Source: Candidatus Woykebacteria bacterium (GTDB lineage Bacteria > Patescibacteriota > Microgenomatia > Woykebacterales > RBG-16-39-9b). From it: a DNA stretch of 64,000 nt. Numbering within the stretch: position 1 is the first letter of the stretch; each line of letters opens with the position of its first letter. The DNA is taken from the NCBI GenBank assembly GCA_040876265.1, contig JBBDPN010000001.1, positions 374,208 to 438,207 of the forward strand, given 5' to 3'. The translations under genes were made by a program, and so were the position numbers. The notes beneath the pieces were generated by a model. The model ran no database searches. It was not told where the DNA came from and worked only from the letters and a program-made list of their open reading frames with translations. Below are positions 48,359 to 56,990 of the stretch, one piece after another.

Positions 48359-49168
48359 CTATAAAAACAGAGAGAGTAAAATAGCGGCCAGTATCAGTCT
48401 GTACCAGACAAAGATATTAAAATTATTTTTCGCCACAAATCTCAATAAAAACCCGATTGCAAACCAACCAGAAATTGCCGCCGCCGCGCTACCAACGAAA
48501 ATTAAGATTAAATTACCCTGGACAGATTGACTGAACAAATCCTGAGCACTCAAAGCAGCCGCACCCAGTATAGCTGGAGTTGATAATAAAAAGGAAAATC
48601 TTGTGGCGGCCTCTCTTTTCAGATTTTTAAATAGGCCAGCGGTGATGGTCACCCCACTTCTGCTCACACCGGGAACCAAAGAAACAGCTTGAGCTAGGCC
48701 CACGATAATCGCGTCAAGCCAGCCGATCTGGGAAAAATCACGCTTTCGATTTCCACTTCTATCTGCCCACCACAAAAGAGCGGCAAAAATAGACAAGGTA
48801 ACCGCTACTAGTAGGGGCTCCCGGGTATTTTTTTCAATAAAATCCTTAAACGCCAAGCCAACAACACCAGCTGGGATGGAACCGATCAAAATCAGCAGAA
48901 GAAGGCGAGACTCAAATTCCTTAGTAACTGAGCCTTTTTTAACCCCATTTAAAAAGGACTTGAAAATCCGTATCCAATCACCCCAAAAAAACCAAATCAC
49001 GGCGATGGTAGAGCCAACATGAAGAGCAACATCAAATTCCAGACTGTCCAGTACACCTCGCAACCCAAATATCTTTGGAAAAATAATCAAGTGGCCAGAG
49101 GAAGAGATAGGTAAAAATTCAGTTAGGCCCTGGACTATACCTAAAATAAATGCTTGGACGATATCCAT
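48359..49168 (-). CDS. uppP: Undecaprenyl-diphosphatase
   Basis: MDIVQAFILGIVQGLTEFLPISSSGHLII is the canonical UppP/BacA N-terminus. Length is 269 aa with 8 TM segments. Confidence 0.85.
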   Translation of the reverse strand: MDIVQAFILGIVQGLTEFLPISSSGHLIIFPKIFGLRGVLDSLEFDVALHVGSTIAVIWFFWGDWIRIFKSFLNGVKKGSVTKEFESRLLLLILIGSIPAGVVGLAFKDFIEKNTREPLLVAVTLSIFAALLWWADRSGNRKRDFSQIGWLDAIIVGLAQAVSLVPGVSRSGVTITAGLFKNLKREAATRFSFLLSTPAILGAAALSAQDLFSQSVQGNLILIFVGSAAAAISGWFAIGFLLRFVAKNNFNIFVWYRLILAAILLSLFL

Positions 49169-49819
49169 CTATAAATCCCGTGCGTAAACGATGACGTTAT
49201 CGAGCCTGGGGTCACCCCGCACTACGTGTGAGGCAACTACTGGAAACACACTACGGACTAGATCTTCAAAATTATTTTGCTCTTCCTTACCTGAAAAAAT
49301 TTTATTTATACTTAAAACCCCACCAGGAGCAAGAATATTTTTGATGTCTGATAAAAATTCTTTTCTTTCGATGTCCTCGGGTATTTTTCCGGCGATAAAT
49401 ACATCCAGACAGATCAAATCGTATTTAAACCGAACGCCCTTAACAAACTCCTTCGCATCGGCGATGTGCACATTTAGGTTGGGCTCGTTTACGTAAAAAT
49501 ATTTACGACCTATGTCGACTATTAAAGGGTCAATATCAACTCCATCGATAACCAATGGGCCAAATTTCTTAGAAAGAATTTTTGCGCTTGTACCGCCACC
49601 AAGCCCTAGGATAAGAACCCGGCTATCTGCGCTCAAAGATAAATCCTCTGGAACCATGTCGTCCCAGCAACCCTGACCTGTCCTTCCGTTTGATTTTATC
49701 GTTTGGCTTTGGGTATGACCCCCAGCAACTAACCTACGAACACCAGAATTTTCGGTTACTTTTACATCTCCGCTGTAGCTACTGTGGCCTTTGAATATTG
49801 TCTTTTCCCAAATACTCAT
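49169..49819 (-). CDS. Spermidine/spermine synthase-like methyltransferase-fold protein (short form)
   Basis: VLILGLGGGTSAKIL and DGVDIDPLIVDIGRKYF match the polyamine aminopropyltransferase core. Length is 216 aa. The 5' end overlaps the serS 3' end. Confidence 0.55.
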   Translation of the reverse strand: MSIWEKTIFKGHSSYSGDVKVTENSGVRRLVAGGHTQSQTIKSNGRTGQGCWDDMVPEDLSLSADSRVLILGLGGGTSAKILSKKFGPLVIDGVDIDPLIVDIGRKYFYVNEPNLNVHIADAKEFVKGVRFKYDLICLDVFIAGKIPEDIERKEFLSDIKNILAPGGVLSINKIFSGKEEQNNFEDLVRSVFPVVASHVVRGDPRLDNVIVYARDL

Positions 49820-51014
49820 GAAGGACTTTTGGTAATTTTATAGACCCATCTTTCTGCTGATGATTTTCCAAAATAGCCACAATAGCACGAGAAAGAGCTA
49901 TCGCGGTACCGTTTAGGGTGTGGACAAAATTTGTTCCTTGATCACTTCTAAATTTTATGCTCAGTCTACGGGCTTGGTAATCGGTGGTGTTTGAGGCACT
50001 AGTTAGCTCTCTGTATTCTTTATTAACTGGGTCCCAATACTCCAAATCATACTTCAAGTATGCCGGAGCGCTCATTTCCCCAGCGCAAATACTTACTATC
50101 CGGTAGGGGATTTCCAATGATTGATAAATCTTTTCCTGAAGCGAAACTATCTCCTCAAAAGCTGCCTCAGAATCATCAGGCTTAACAAATTTAAACATCT
50201 CCACCTTATCAAACTGATGAACTCGAAAAATTCCGTGTGAGTATTTACCATAGCTACCGGCTTCTTTGCGAAAAGAGGTGGAGAACCCTACGTAACTTTT
50301 GGGTAAATCTTTTTCATTTACGATCTCACCTGCGTACATAGCCGTAATTGGTATCTCGGCTGTTGCCGCTAAGTAAAGGTCTTCGCCCTCAATTTTGTAA
50401 ATATCCGGTTCCTCACGCCGTGGTAGATAACCAGTTCCTTCAACAAATTGTCTCCTCACCAAATCCGGAGGCAGAACTGGAATAAAACCTTCTTTGGTAA
50501 GCAGATTCATCACCCAATTTACCAAGGCAAGTTCCAGACGGGCTCCGTCACCAAGTAGATAATAAAACCCATGTCCAGAAGATTTAGCAGAAAACTCTTG
50601 GTTAATAATGTCAAGATTTTTGCCGATTTCAATATGATTTTTTGGCTTGAATTCAAAATTCTTGGGACTTCCCCATTTTTTAAGCTCTTTATTATCCCTT
50701 TCATCCTTCCCCTCTGGTACTTGTGGGGAGAGAAGGTTTGGCACCCGCTCTAGGTGGTCTTCTAACTCCTCCTCGACCACCCGCAGCGAACCTTCCAGTT
50801 CGGATAGTTTTTCTTTTACTTCTCTGCCTTTTTTCTCGTCGTGCCCATCCGCCGCAGATTTCTTTTCTCCTCTTAGCTCGTCCACTTCTTGGATCAACTT
50901 GCGTCTCTGTTGGTCTTTTTCAACCAAGTGCGCCAACGGCACGTTCATACCTCGTCTTTTGACTGTATTTTCAACCTCTTTTTGATTTTCCCGAATAAAT
51001 CTTATGTCTAACAT
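49779..51014 (-). CDS. serS: Seryl-tRNA synthetase
   Basis: The N-terminal coiled-coil arm is MLDIRFIRENQKEV. Class II motifs are present in the C-terminal core. Length is 411 aa. Confidence 0.9.
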   Translation of the reverse strand: MLDIRFIRENQKEVENTVKRRGMNVPLAHLVEKDQQRRKLIQEVDELRGEKKSAADGHDEKKGREVKEKLSELEGSLRVVEEELEDHLERVPNLLSPQVPEGKDERDNKELKKWGSPKNFEFKPKNHIEIGKNLDIINQEFSAKSSGHGFYYLLGDGARLELALVNWVMNLLTKEGFIPVLPPDLVRRQFVEGTGYLPRREEPDIYKIEGEDLYLAATAEIPITAMYAGEIVNEKDLPKSYVGFSTSFRKEAGSYGKYSHGIFRVHQFDKVEMFKFVKPDDSEAAFEEIVSLQEKIYQSLEIPYRIVSICAGEMSAPAYLKYDLEYWDPVNKEYRELTSASNTTDYQARRLSIKFRSDQGTNFVHTLNGTAIALSRAIVAILENHQQKDGSIKLPKVLHEYLGKDNIQRPQ

Positions 51015-51132
51015 AAATTTTTAGCCCACTTCAGTGGTCGCCCGCCTGTCGGACGGTCAGGCAGAACGCGATAATACTGAACTGAAAAATCTCGTGTTTT
51101 GAAGTATTGAACGTCCTATATCCAACATAAAT

Positions 51133-51702
51133 TCACAAACCTAAATCTTTACTAAAACCTTTCATCGCATCTAACACTATATCAGCAAATTTCTCCAGTG
51201 GAATGTTTAGCTCGGTTTCGCAAGTTTTTATTTGATCGCGGTTGGCACCTTTAGCAAAGGCTGGTTCTTTGAACCTTTTCAAAACTGATCCAGCGCTCAA
51301 ACCTTCCAACTTTTTATCAGGACGCACTAGTGCTGCTGCTACGATCAACCCGGTCATCTCGTCAGCCGCATAAATAGCTTTTGCCATTAGGGTCTCCCTG
51401 GGTTCTTTGTCGGCGTGCCCACGAACTGCGTCAATTACTATCTTCGGTGCATCAATCTCCCTCAATTTCTTTGTTGTTTCTTCAGTGTGTAACTCTAGCG
51501 ATTTATTTGTAGATTCGTAGTCAGCATCGTGCAGCAAACCTACTATCCCCCATTCTCCCCTACTCCCTGCGTCAATTTTCTTATCCTTATCAAGGTAATC
51601 GTAGAGACCGGTCATCGCAACCTCGGCGGCGAAACAGTGGTTACGAATATTTGGGCTTTTGACTAATTCATCCACAATCTTGATAGCTTCTTCACGCGTC
51701 AT
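51133..51702 (-). CDS. HD-domain phosphohydrolase, YqeK-like
   Basis: HCFAAEVAMTGLYDYL and GLLHDADYE are HD motifs. Length is 189 aa, the same size class as YqeK Ap4A hydrolases. Confidence 0.55.
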   Translation of the reverse strand: MTREEAIKIVDELVKSPNIRNHCFAAEVAMTGLYDYLDKDKKIDAGSRGEWGIVGLLHDADYESTNKSLELHTEETTKKLREIDAPKIVIDAVRGHADKEPRETLMAKAIYAADEMTGLIVAAALVRPDKKLEGLSAGSVLKRFKEPAFAKGANRDQIKTCETELNIPLEKFADIVLDAMKGFSKDLGL

Positions 51703-51786
51703 AGTTTTTACGTTTTCGCACCACGAAAAGGCAAGGTTCCTTAGCTGAAGATGTAAAATAATTCTTACATCTGAGGCTGAGGGTTC

Positions 51787-52011
51787 TTATTTTACGTAAA
51801 TGATTTCTTCAGCTCGTTTCGCAAATCCCTTGGGTACAAGAATTGTTTTTGAACCCTCGGGCACACCAAATACACCCGCGGAGGCGCTTTCTGCGCCGAG
51901 TCTTGCCGGTATATCATGCTCTCTTAGTTTCTCCAGTAACATTGCGACTATAGCCGCATTGGTACCGGTATAGACCCTTACTTCAGCTAGTTCTTTCTCT
52001 TCGTTTTCCAT
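51787..52011 (-). CDS. Small hypothetical protein (74 aa)
   Basis: It abuts the lysK stop. No recognisable motif. Confidence 0.3.
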   Translation of the reverse strand: MENEEKELAEVRVYTGTNAAIVAMLLEKLREHDIPARLGAESASAGVFGVPEGSKTILVPKGFAKRAEEIIYVK

Positions 52012-53553
52012 TCAGGCCCCCGCTACTTTACCAAATCTTTCTTTGACAAAATTTTTATCCAAGCTCAGTATCAGCCAAGCTGCTTTTGGGCCAGACGTTT
52101 TACCAAGTAAGCTTTTGTAGATTGCTTGGAAGGTCTCTCTAGAAGACAAACCAAAATCTTTACCTGCCTGGTAGATATCATTTTGAAACTTATCTGGATC
52201 GCTTGTTTTTCCCAAAAGCTTGCTTACCTGGTCAAGAAGTTTTTTCTGACTCTCCGAAAGATCATCTGCTGCGGCTGGAATGGCCTCCTTCACACTGAAT
52301 TTAATTTCCTCTGGTGCAAATCTAGCCAGATATATTTTAACATATACCACCCTTTCCTCTAATGCCCGCTTATCTTCTTTTGTTAACTTTCCGCCTTTTT
52401 TATTCTCTGCCTCTTTTTCTAAGTCAACATTGGGCATCTGAACCAGGTTTACCAGATCGGAAAATCTGGGGACGAAGTGGCTTTTCGCACTATTACTAGC
52501 GGTTGAAAGTTCCCAGATTCTCTTCAGGGAGAGGTCTTGGCTATCTCTTGCGCTATCAAAATCATCAAAAAGCTTTGGAATAGTGTTCTCGCTTTCAGGA
52601 TTGAAGTCTATATGCTGCATGGGACGAGGACGAACCATAAGAAACCTTAGCAGCTCTGCTGGGATTATTTCAGCTACGTCTGCAGCCGAAGCGCCCACTC
52701 CCTTTGAACTACTCATTTTTCTACCTGAAAATAAGAAATGTTCGTATGGAATATCGTACGGTGGCGGAAAAGAGAAAATTTCTTCGGCGATAGCGTTGGC
52801 CGTGTCGCGGCTACCTCCACGACTAGCGTGATCTTTTCCTTCTCCCTCTACCGTAACCCCAAGAGCAGCCCATTTTGCCGGCCACTCTACTCTCCAAGGA
52901 AGTTTCCCAGTAGCAGCTAGGGGATCTACTTTGCCTTTGTGACCGCACCCGGCTGCCCATGCTACCTTTTTTTCTTGACACTCGTAAGAAACGTACCTGC
53001 CATCCCAACCGTTTGCTACTGTAGTACCGATTTTTCCGCAATTTTCACAAATTGGTTGAAACGGTATGTAATCGCGTGGCCGGCGAGAGCCGGAGACTTT
53101 TTCGTAAATCTCTTGGATTTTCTCGGCATTATCAAGGGCGAGACTGATCTGTTTATTCAAAGTACCCTCTTCATAGAGTTTTGAATTCCAAAGGATCTGC
53201 GGCTTAGCGTCGAGTTTGTTGAAAACACCAATAAATTCATTGGCGTAGTGTTCTGCGTATGAACCTTCGCCTTCCGGTGACGGGATATTTTTTAGGGGTA
53301 CGCCCATATATTTTTTATACTTTTCGGCCGGTAAATAAACAGGGAGATCGTCCATTGGGTCAAGATCATCAATGATAAAGGTGTAACGAGCCCTGGCACT
53401 TTGCTCCTTTAAAGTTTTGTAAACCAAATCGTGAATTATCACACCACGAAGCGCACCGACGTGAACTCTACCTGAAGGGGTCTTGGCGTCATCTACTAGT
53501 TGCGGTTTGCCTGTAGAGGCAAGTTCTTTAGCGATTTTATCAGCCCAGAACAT
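52012..53553 (-). CDS. lysK: Class I lysyl-tRNA synthetase (archaeal-type LysK)
   Basis: The HIGH-like motif is TPSGRVHVGALRG and the KMSKS-like motif is GRKMSSSKG. The zinc knuckle is CENCGK...C. Length is about 513 aa. The start is trimmed to ATG 53553 (MFWADK), which is preceded by GGAGGGG. Confidence 0.75.
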   Translation of the reverse strand: MFWADKIAKELASTGKPQLVDDAKTPSGRVHVGALRGVIIHDLVYKTLKEQSARARYTFIIDDLDPMDDLPVYLPAEKYKKYMGVPLKNIPSPEGEGSYAEHYANEFIGVFNKLDAKPQILWNSKLYEEGTLNKQISLALDNAEKIQEIYEKVSGSRRPRDYIPFQPICENCGKIGTTVANGWDGRYVSYECQEKKVAWAAGCGHKGKVDPLAATGKLPWRVEWPAKWAALGVTVEGEGKDHASRGGSRDTANAIAEEIFSFPPPYDIPYEHFLFSGRKMSSSKGVGASAADVAEIIPAELLRFLMVRPRPMQHIDFNPESENTIPKLFDDFDSARDSQDLSLKRIWELSTASNSAKSHFVPRFSDLVNLVQMPNVDLEKEAENKKGGKLTKEDKRALEERVVYVKIYLARFAPEEIKFSVKEAIPAAADDLSESQKKLLDQVSKLLGKTSDPDKFQNDIYQAGKDFGLSSRETFQAIYKSLLGKTSGPKAAWLILSLDKNFVKERFGKVAGA

Positions 53554-53732
53554 ATAGTTTAAGTATAATCCCCTCCGTAACAAAAATCCAAGAATTATTG
53601 GTACTCTTGGGTCTTGCGACCACTTTGTGGACTAATCTCGGAAAGCAACATTTGAGGCAAGAAAAGTTGGTGGAGCCCCTGGCAGCAAAAGCCGCAAGAG
53701 GCTCCGTCACGGGTCTCTCAACCAACCTCCTC

Positions 53733-54620
53733 CTAATTGTGATCTGATCTGACTGGTTCTTCTATTCCGTAGGCAGCAGCTAAATCCCCTCTCAACCGTT
53801 CGTTGGTAAGGTATGCGAAGGCAACCTTGCGGAACCACTCGACGATCAGCGGATCGTCCGTCTGGTCACCAATGTCCCGTGCTGGTTGGAAGTAGTGCAG
53901 CTGACGAGCAAAGACTGCCACTCGGTCCCTACCAAGATGGAATCGGTCATAGAGATAAAGGATTAGCCTCCTTCGTCTATCATCATACCCAGAGGTCAGT
54001 GAGAAGACGAAGGGCCTCTCGCGTTTCCACTCCCTAAGAACCCTCCTTCTTTCACTACGGATCGAAGCTGGCTTAAAGCTCTTGACCCTTCTCCTTCGCT
54101 CAGCCGGTCTTGTTGGAAGAGGAGTAAACCGCGACATGTCGAAGGTCATAACCTCCGGAGTCTCATGAACCCCGAGCATCAACAGGAGTTCGAGAAGCTC
54201 TCTGTCGTCGAAACCCATCAGCTCCTTATACGCTTTAGCGAGCTCCCGAAGTCGCTGGGTATGCTGGGCGGCTGTTTCAGTCACTCCCACGTCATCATGA
54301 CCTCTACGCAACACGAGCTCTAGGATTCCACCAAGTAGCGGCTCCACGAACTCCCCGTCCAATTTGAGAAGCTCGTTGTCACTCACCTCCTCACGGAATT
54401 TACCCCACACCACAGGATCCTTGTGGTCGCGTTCGAACGGATCCTTCTTCGTCCCAATCCCCCCAAGAAATCTACGGGAAATCAATTCCCAGATGCTAAG
54501 CTTGGGCGGAGGAACGAATGGTTGGGACGAGTTGTCCTTTAGGCTGACTGCGAACGTGGCGATCAGGCTCAGGATGAAGCCTATCCCCACTACACGCAAA
54601 ACCCGACTTATGGGCTTCAC
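53733..54620 (-). CDS. Membrane-anchored divergent HD_3 (YfbR-like)-related protein, Arg-rich, GC-rich
   Basis: It has an N-terminal TM segment. ETAAQHTQRL and LGVHETPEVMTFD parallel the ESVAAHSFRL and LVHDFVTVYAGD motifs of the adjacent tandem HD_3 gene. HD is replaced by HE. GC is about 52-55%. Confidence 0.4.
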   Translation of the reverse strand: MKPISRVLRVVGIGFILSLIATFAVSLKDNSSQPFVPPPKLSIWELISRRFLGGIGTKKDPFERDHKDPVVWGKFREEVSDNELLKLDGEFVEPLLGGILELVLRRGHDDVGVTETAAQHTQRLRELAKAYKELMGFDDRELLELLLMLGVHETPEVMTFDMSRFTPLPTRPAERRRRVKSFKPASIRSERRRVLREWKRERPFVFSLTSGYDDRRRRLILYLYDRFHLGRDRVAVFARQLHYFQPARDIGDQTDDPLIVEWFRKVAFAYLTNERLRGDLAAAYGIEEPVRSDHN

Positions 54621-54671
54621 TTGAGCCTCCCTCCTTTCCTTAGGGATTATTGGCGATGTAGGTTAGTTAGT

Positions 54672-55994
54672 TTACTTGGTTAACCGTGCTTTGTCAACGC
54701 TCTTGGAAGCCTGTTTACCCCCGTAATACCATTTGTCTACATTTTCAACGAAATCAATAAGTACAGAATCATCAACTAAAGTCTTCAGTTGAACCCAGTA
54801 TGGGTCAATACTTGGCTTATAGATACCTTCATTTTTGTAAACTATCGCCTGTAGTAGCTTCTCAATACGATCCACCTGCCTCACCAGACGACCTTCCTTC
54901 GAAAAACCTTCTTCGTATTCAAACCACAGAGATCGAACTTCATCTTGAAAATCGATTGGGAGATATTTTAAGATTTTATCCAGCGCCTTTTTCTCGGCGT
55001 GCCTACGCTCAACCGTTAGATGTCTCTTTTCATCCCCAGTTCTCGTCGGCCAAACCTCAAGAATTGATTTATCTTTCTTTAAATCCTTTGTGATTAAATC
55101 GTCGAAAGGCGTGGTATCTCCAGCGTACACGGTTACAAAATCATGAACCAAGGACATCTTTATCAACTTTTCAACGTCAAATCTTCTTCTACCCCTCAAA
55201 ATCCAGGCCATAAGAGCCAGACGAAAAGAGTGAGCAGCTACAGACTCGGTGTCCCCTTCCTTTGCTCCACCGTACATCCAACCAATCCTTTTTATTGTTT
55301 TAAGTTTTCCAATAGAAGTTAAAAATTCTATCAGGCGGACGTTTTTTCGGTTTTTTGCCTTTTTTGGCGCACCTTTCAAAAAATATTCTTCAACACTGAC
55401 GGCAAAGTTCAAAATATTCTTATCATCCGTAATTTCGCTTACTTGGTACAGGAAAGGCTCTATAAGCTCTTTGCTCAACTCATTTTTGTATTCCAGCGCT
55501 TGTATTAAGTTTTCGATTCTATCTAGTACTTTAAGCGCTTTTGCTTCTTTCGAAGTTTTGTTTTGAAAATCGTACCAAAGTGAGATCAACTCATTTTTAG
55601 TTAGATCCGGCAAATTATTAAACAGTTGTTTGACAGCTTTCTCTTCCTCCTTAAATCTTTGCGTTATGATCCTCCCTTTTTCGGTCACCGGCGCTCGTAG
55701 TTCAAGGGCTGGATATTTTTTTAGCAGCTCTTTCTTGGATTTTATAGCCAGCAGTTTATCGTAAGGGCTAATATAATCTATATGGACAGCGGATAAGCTG
55801 TGAACCAAACCAAGTTTTAAAAGTCTTTTAACATTAAGTCTTGAGTTTCGACCGAAAACCCAGGCTAAAATTAAAACTCTAAAAGCGTGGTCGGCTACAG
55901 ACTCAGGCTTCTTAATACCCCGCAATACCCAACCGCGTCTTTTTATTGTTTTAAGCTTTCCTACCTCTAGGAAAAAATCGATAAAAGCTTCCAT
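54672..55994 (-). CDS. Tandem-fused YfbR-type HD_3 5'-(deoxy)nucleotidase domains
   Basis: Two complete repeats of about 205 aa each. Repeat 1 has IKRRGWVLRGIKKPESVADHAFRV...LVHSLSAVHID. Repeat 2 has IKRIGWMYGG...SVAAHSFRLA...LVHDFVTVYAGD. Repeat 1 carries HS in place of the catalytic HD. Confidence 0.7.
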   Translation of the reverse strand: MEAFIDFFLEVGKLKTIKRRGWVLRGIKKPESVADHAFRVLILAWVFGRNSRLNVKRLLKLGLVHSLSAVHIDYISPYDKLLAIKSKKELLKKYPALELRAPVTEKGRIITQRFKEEEKAVKQLFNNLPDLTKNELISLWYDFQNKTSKEAKALKVLDRIENLIQALEYKNELSKELIEPFLYQVSEITDDKNILNFAVSVEEYFLKGAPKKAKNRKNVRLIEFLTSIGKLKTIKRIGWMYGGAKEGDTESVAAHSFRLALMAWILRGRRRFDVEKLIKMSLVHDFVTVYAGDTTPFDDLITKDLKKDKSILEVWPTRTGDEKRHLTVERRHAEKKALDKILKYLPIDFQDEVRSLWFEYEEGFSKEGRLVRQVDRIEKLLQAIVYKNEGIYKPSIDPYWVQLKTLVDDSVLIDFVENVDKWYYGGKQASKSVDKARLTK

Positions 55995-56115
55995 AACAAA
56001 TCATTAAACTGGAAGCACTATTATAGCAATTTCTTTAATAGAGTGGAAATTTACGGAAAGCCTAATTTATTTTCAAGATTTTTAGTCCACGAAGTGGTCG
56101 CAAGAGGCTGGAAAT

Positions 56116-56577
56116 TTAGTTAATTTCTAGTATCTTATAAGTAGCTTTTATCGTGGAGGCAACAGTAACTACATCTCCAACTTTGGAACCGATGAGAGCT
56201 TTGCCAACTGGGCTTTCGTTGGAAATTTTACCTTGCATAGGATCTGCTTCAACAGAGGAAACAATTATGAACTCGTCTTCTTCGCCGTTCACATCCACTT
56301 TTACTCTGGCACCAATAGCTACAGCATTAGCCCCTTGGTTTTCCTCGATCACTTGATAGTTACGCAGTATCTCCTCAAGCTCCAATATTCTACCCTCGAC
56401 AAAAGACTGCTCTTCGCGGGCCGTATCGTACTCAGAGTTCTCGCTTATGTCGCCGTACTCTCTGGCTTTCGCAATACGAGCCCCTACCTCTTTTCTTTTT
56501 TCACTTATAAGGTAGTCGTGTTCTTTTTTTAGCTTCTCTAGCCCTTCGGCTGTTAAATATATTTTGTCTTTTGCCAT
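56116..56577 (-). CDS. greA: Transcription elongation factor GreA
   Basis: MAKDKIYLTAEGLEKLKKE...GDISENSEYDTAREEQ is the canonical GreA coiled-coil tip. The start is trimmed to ATG 56577; the track ORF runs to 56607. Confidence 0.85.
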   Translation of the reverse strand: MAKDKIYLTAEGLEKLKKEHDYLISEKRKEVGARIAKAREYGDISENSEYDTAREEQSFVEGRILELEEILRNYQVIEENQGANAVAIGARVKVDVNGEEDEFIIVSSVEADPMQGKISNESPVGKALIGSKVGDVVTVASTIKATYKILEIN

Positions 56578-56602
56578 ATTACTCTTTCTGCGGGATTTTT
56601 GG

Positions 56603-56630
56603 GACAAAAAAAGCCCGCCTCGTTCGGGGA
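56603..56630 (-). terminator. Terminator-like hairpin plus U7 in the greA leader
   Basis: The minus strand reads CCCG-aacgagg-CGGG-CUUUUUUUG, 25-50 nt upstream of the greA ATG. An alternative GGG...CCC pairing overlaps it. Confidence 0.4.
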
Positions 56631-56690
56631 CTTCATTGAATTATCGAGCTTTATTCAATACTCAAACCCGAGTGGTCCAAGTACTTCAGA

Positions 56691-56719
56691 ATAATAGCAG
56701 GAGGCTCATATTTTGTCAA
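56691..56719 (-). promoter_or_regulatory. Sigma70-like promoter TTGACA-N17-TATTAT for greA
   Basis: On the minus strand, -35 is at 56719-56714 and -10 at 56696-56691. The leader is about 85 nt. Confidence 0.4.
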
Positions 56720-56786
56720 GGATCAAGCTTGCGCAGCCGCGCGTTGATCACGAACTTAAACTTATGTTAAAATAGTCACCTTACAG

Positions 56787-56863
56787 GGCGCGTTAGTCTA
56801 GTGGTCTAGGACGCTTGGTTCTCAACCAAGAGATCAGGGGTTCGAATCCCCTACGCGCTACCA
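56787..56863 (+). tRNA. tRNA-Glu (anticodon CUC), CCA encoded
   Basis: Manual cloverleaf fold. The acceptor is GGCGCGU/ACGCGCU. The D-stem is GUCU/AGGA. The anticodon stem CUUGG/CCAAG has loop UUCUCAA, giving anticodon CUC. The T-arm is AGGGG-UUCGAAU-CCCCU. Discriminator A is followed by CCA. A TTGATC-N18-TAAAAT promoter lies upstream. Confidence 0.9.
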
Positions 56864-56868
56864 AATAC

Positions 56869-56990
56869 GGTGGTCAGACCCGCCAGTAAATCGCGGGTTC
56901 GCAGTCCTCGCTTAGCGAGGTCGCAGGACGCGAAGCGGTCTAATCCCGCCGGGGTCACCAAGACGGGCACCCTATGGTGACCGTCTTCCC
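56869..56990 (+). ncRNA. Candidate structured RNA (unclassified) immediately 3' of tRNA-Glu
   Basis: A ~120-nt stretch of ~60% GC sits in AT-rich surroundings. A 7-bp terminal helix pairs GGUGGUC (56869-75) with GGUCACC (56953-59). Internal hairpins are CCCGC-N9-GCGGG and CCUCGC-UUA-GCGAGG. A downstream alternative/pseudoknot pairing joins GGUCACC with GGUGACC and AAGACGG with CCGUCUU (56953-56987). No ORF is present. Confidence 0.35.

Noticed and set aside
53554-53732. T-box or other riboswitch in the lysK leader
   Set aside because: Small hairpins are present (GGUC-GCAA-GACC; GGAGCC...GGCUCC). There is no T-box sequence (AAUUAGGGUGGUACC-like) and no specifier-loop architecture.
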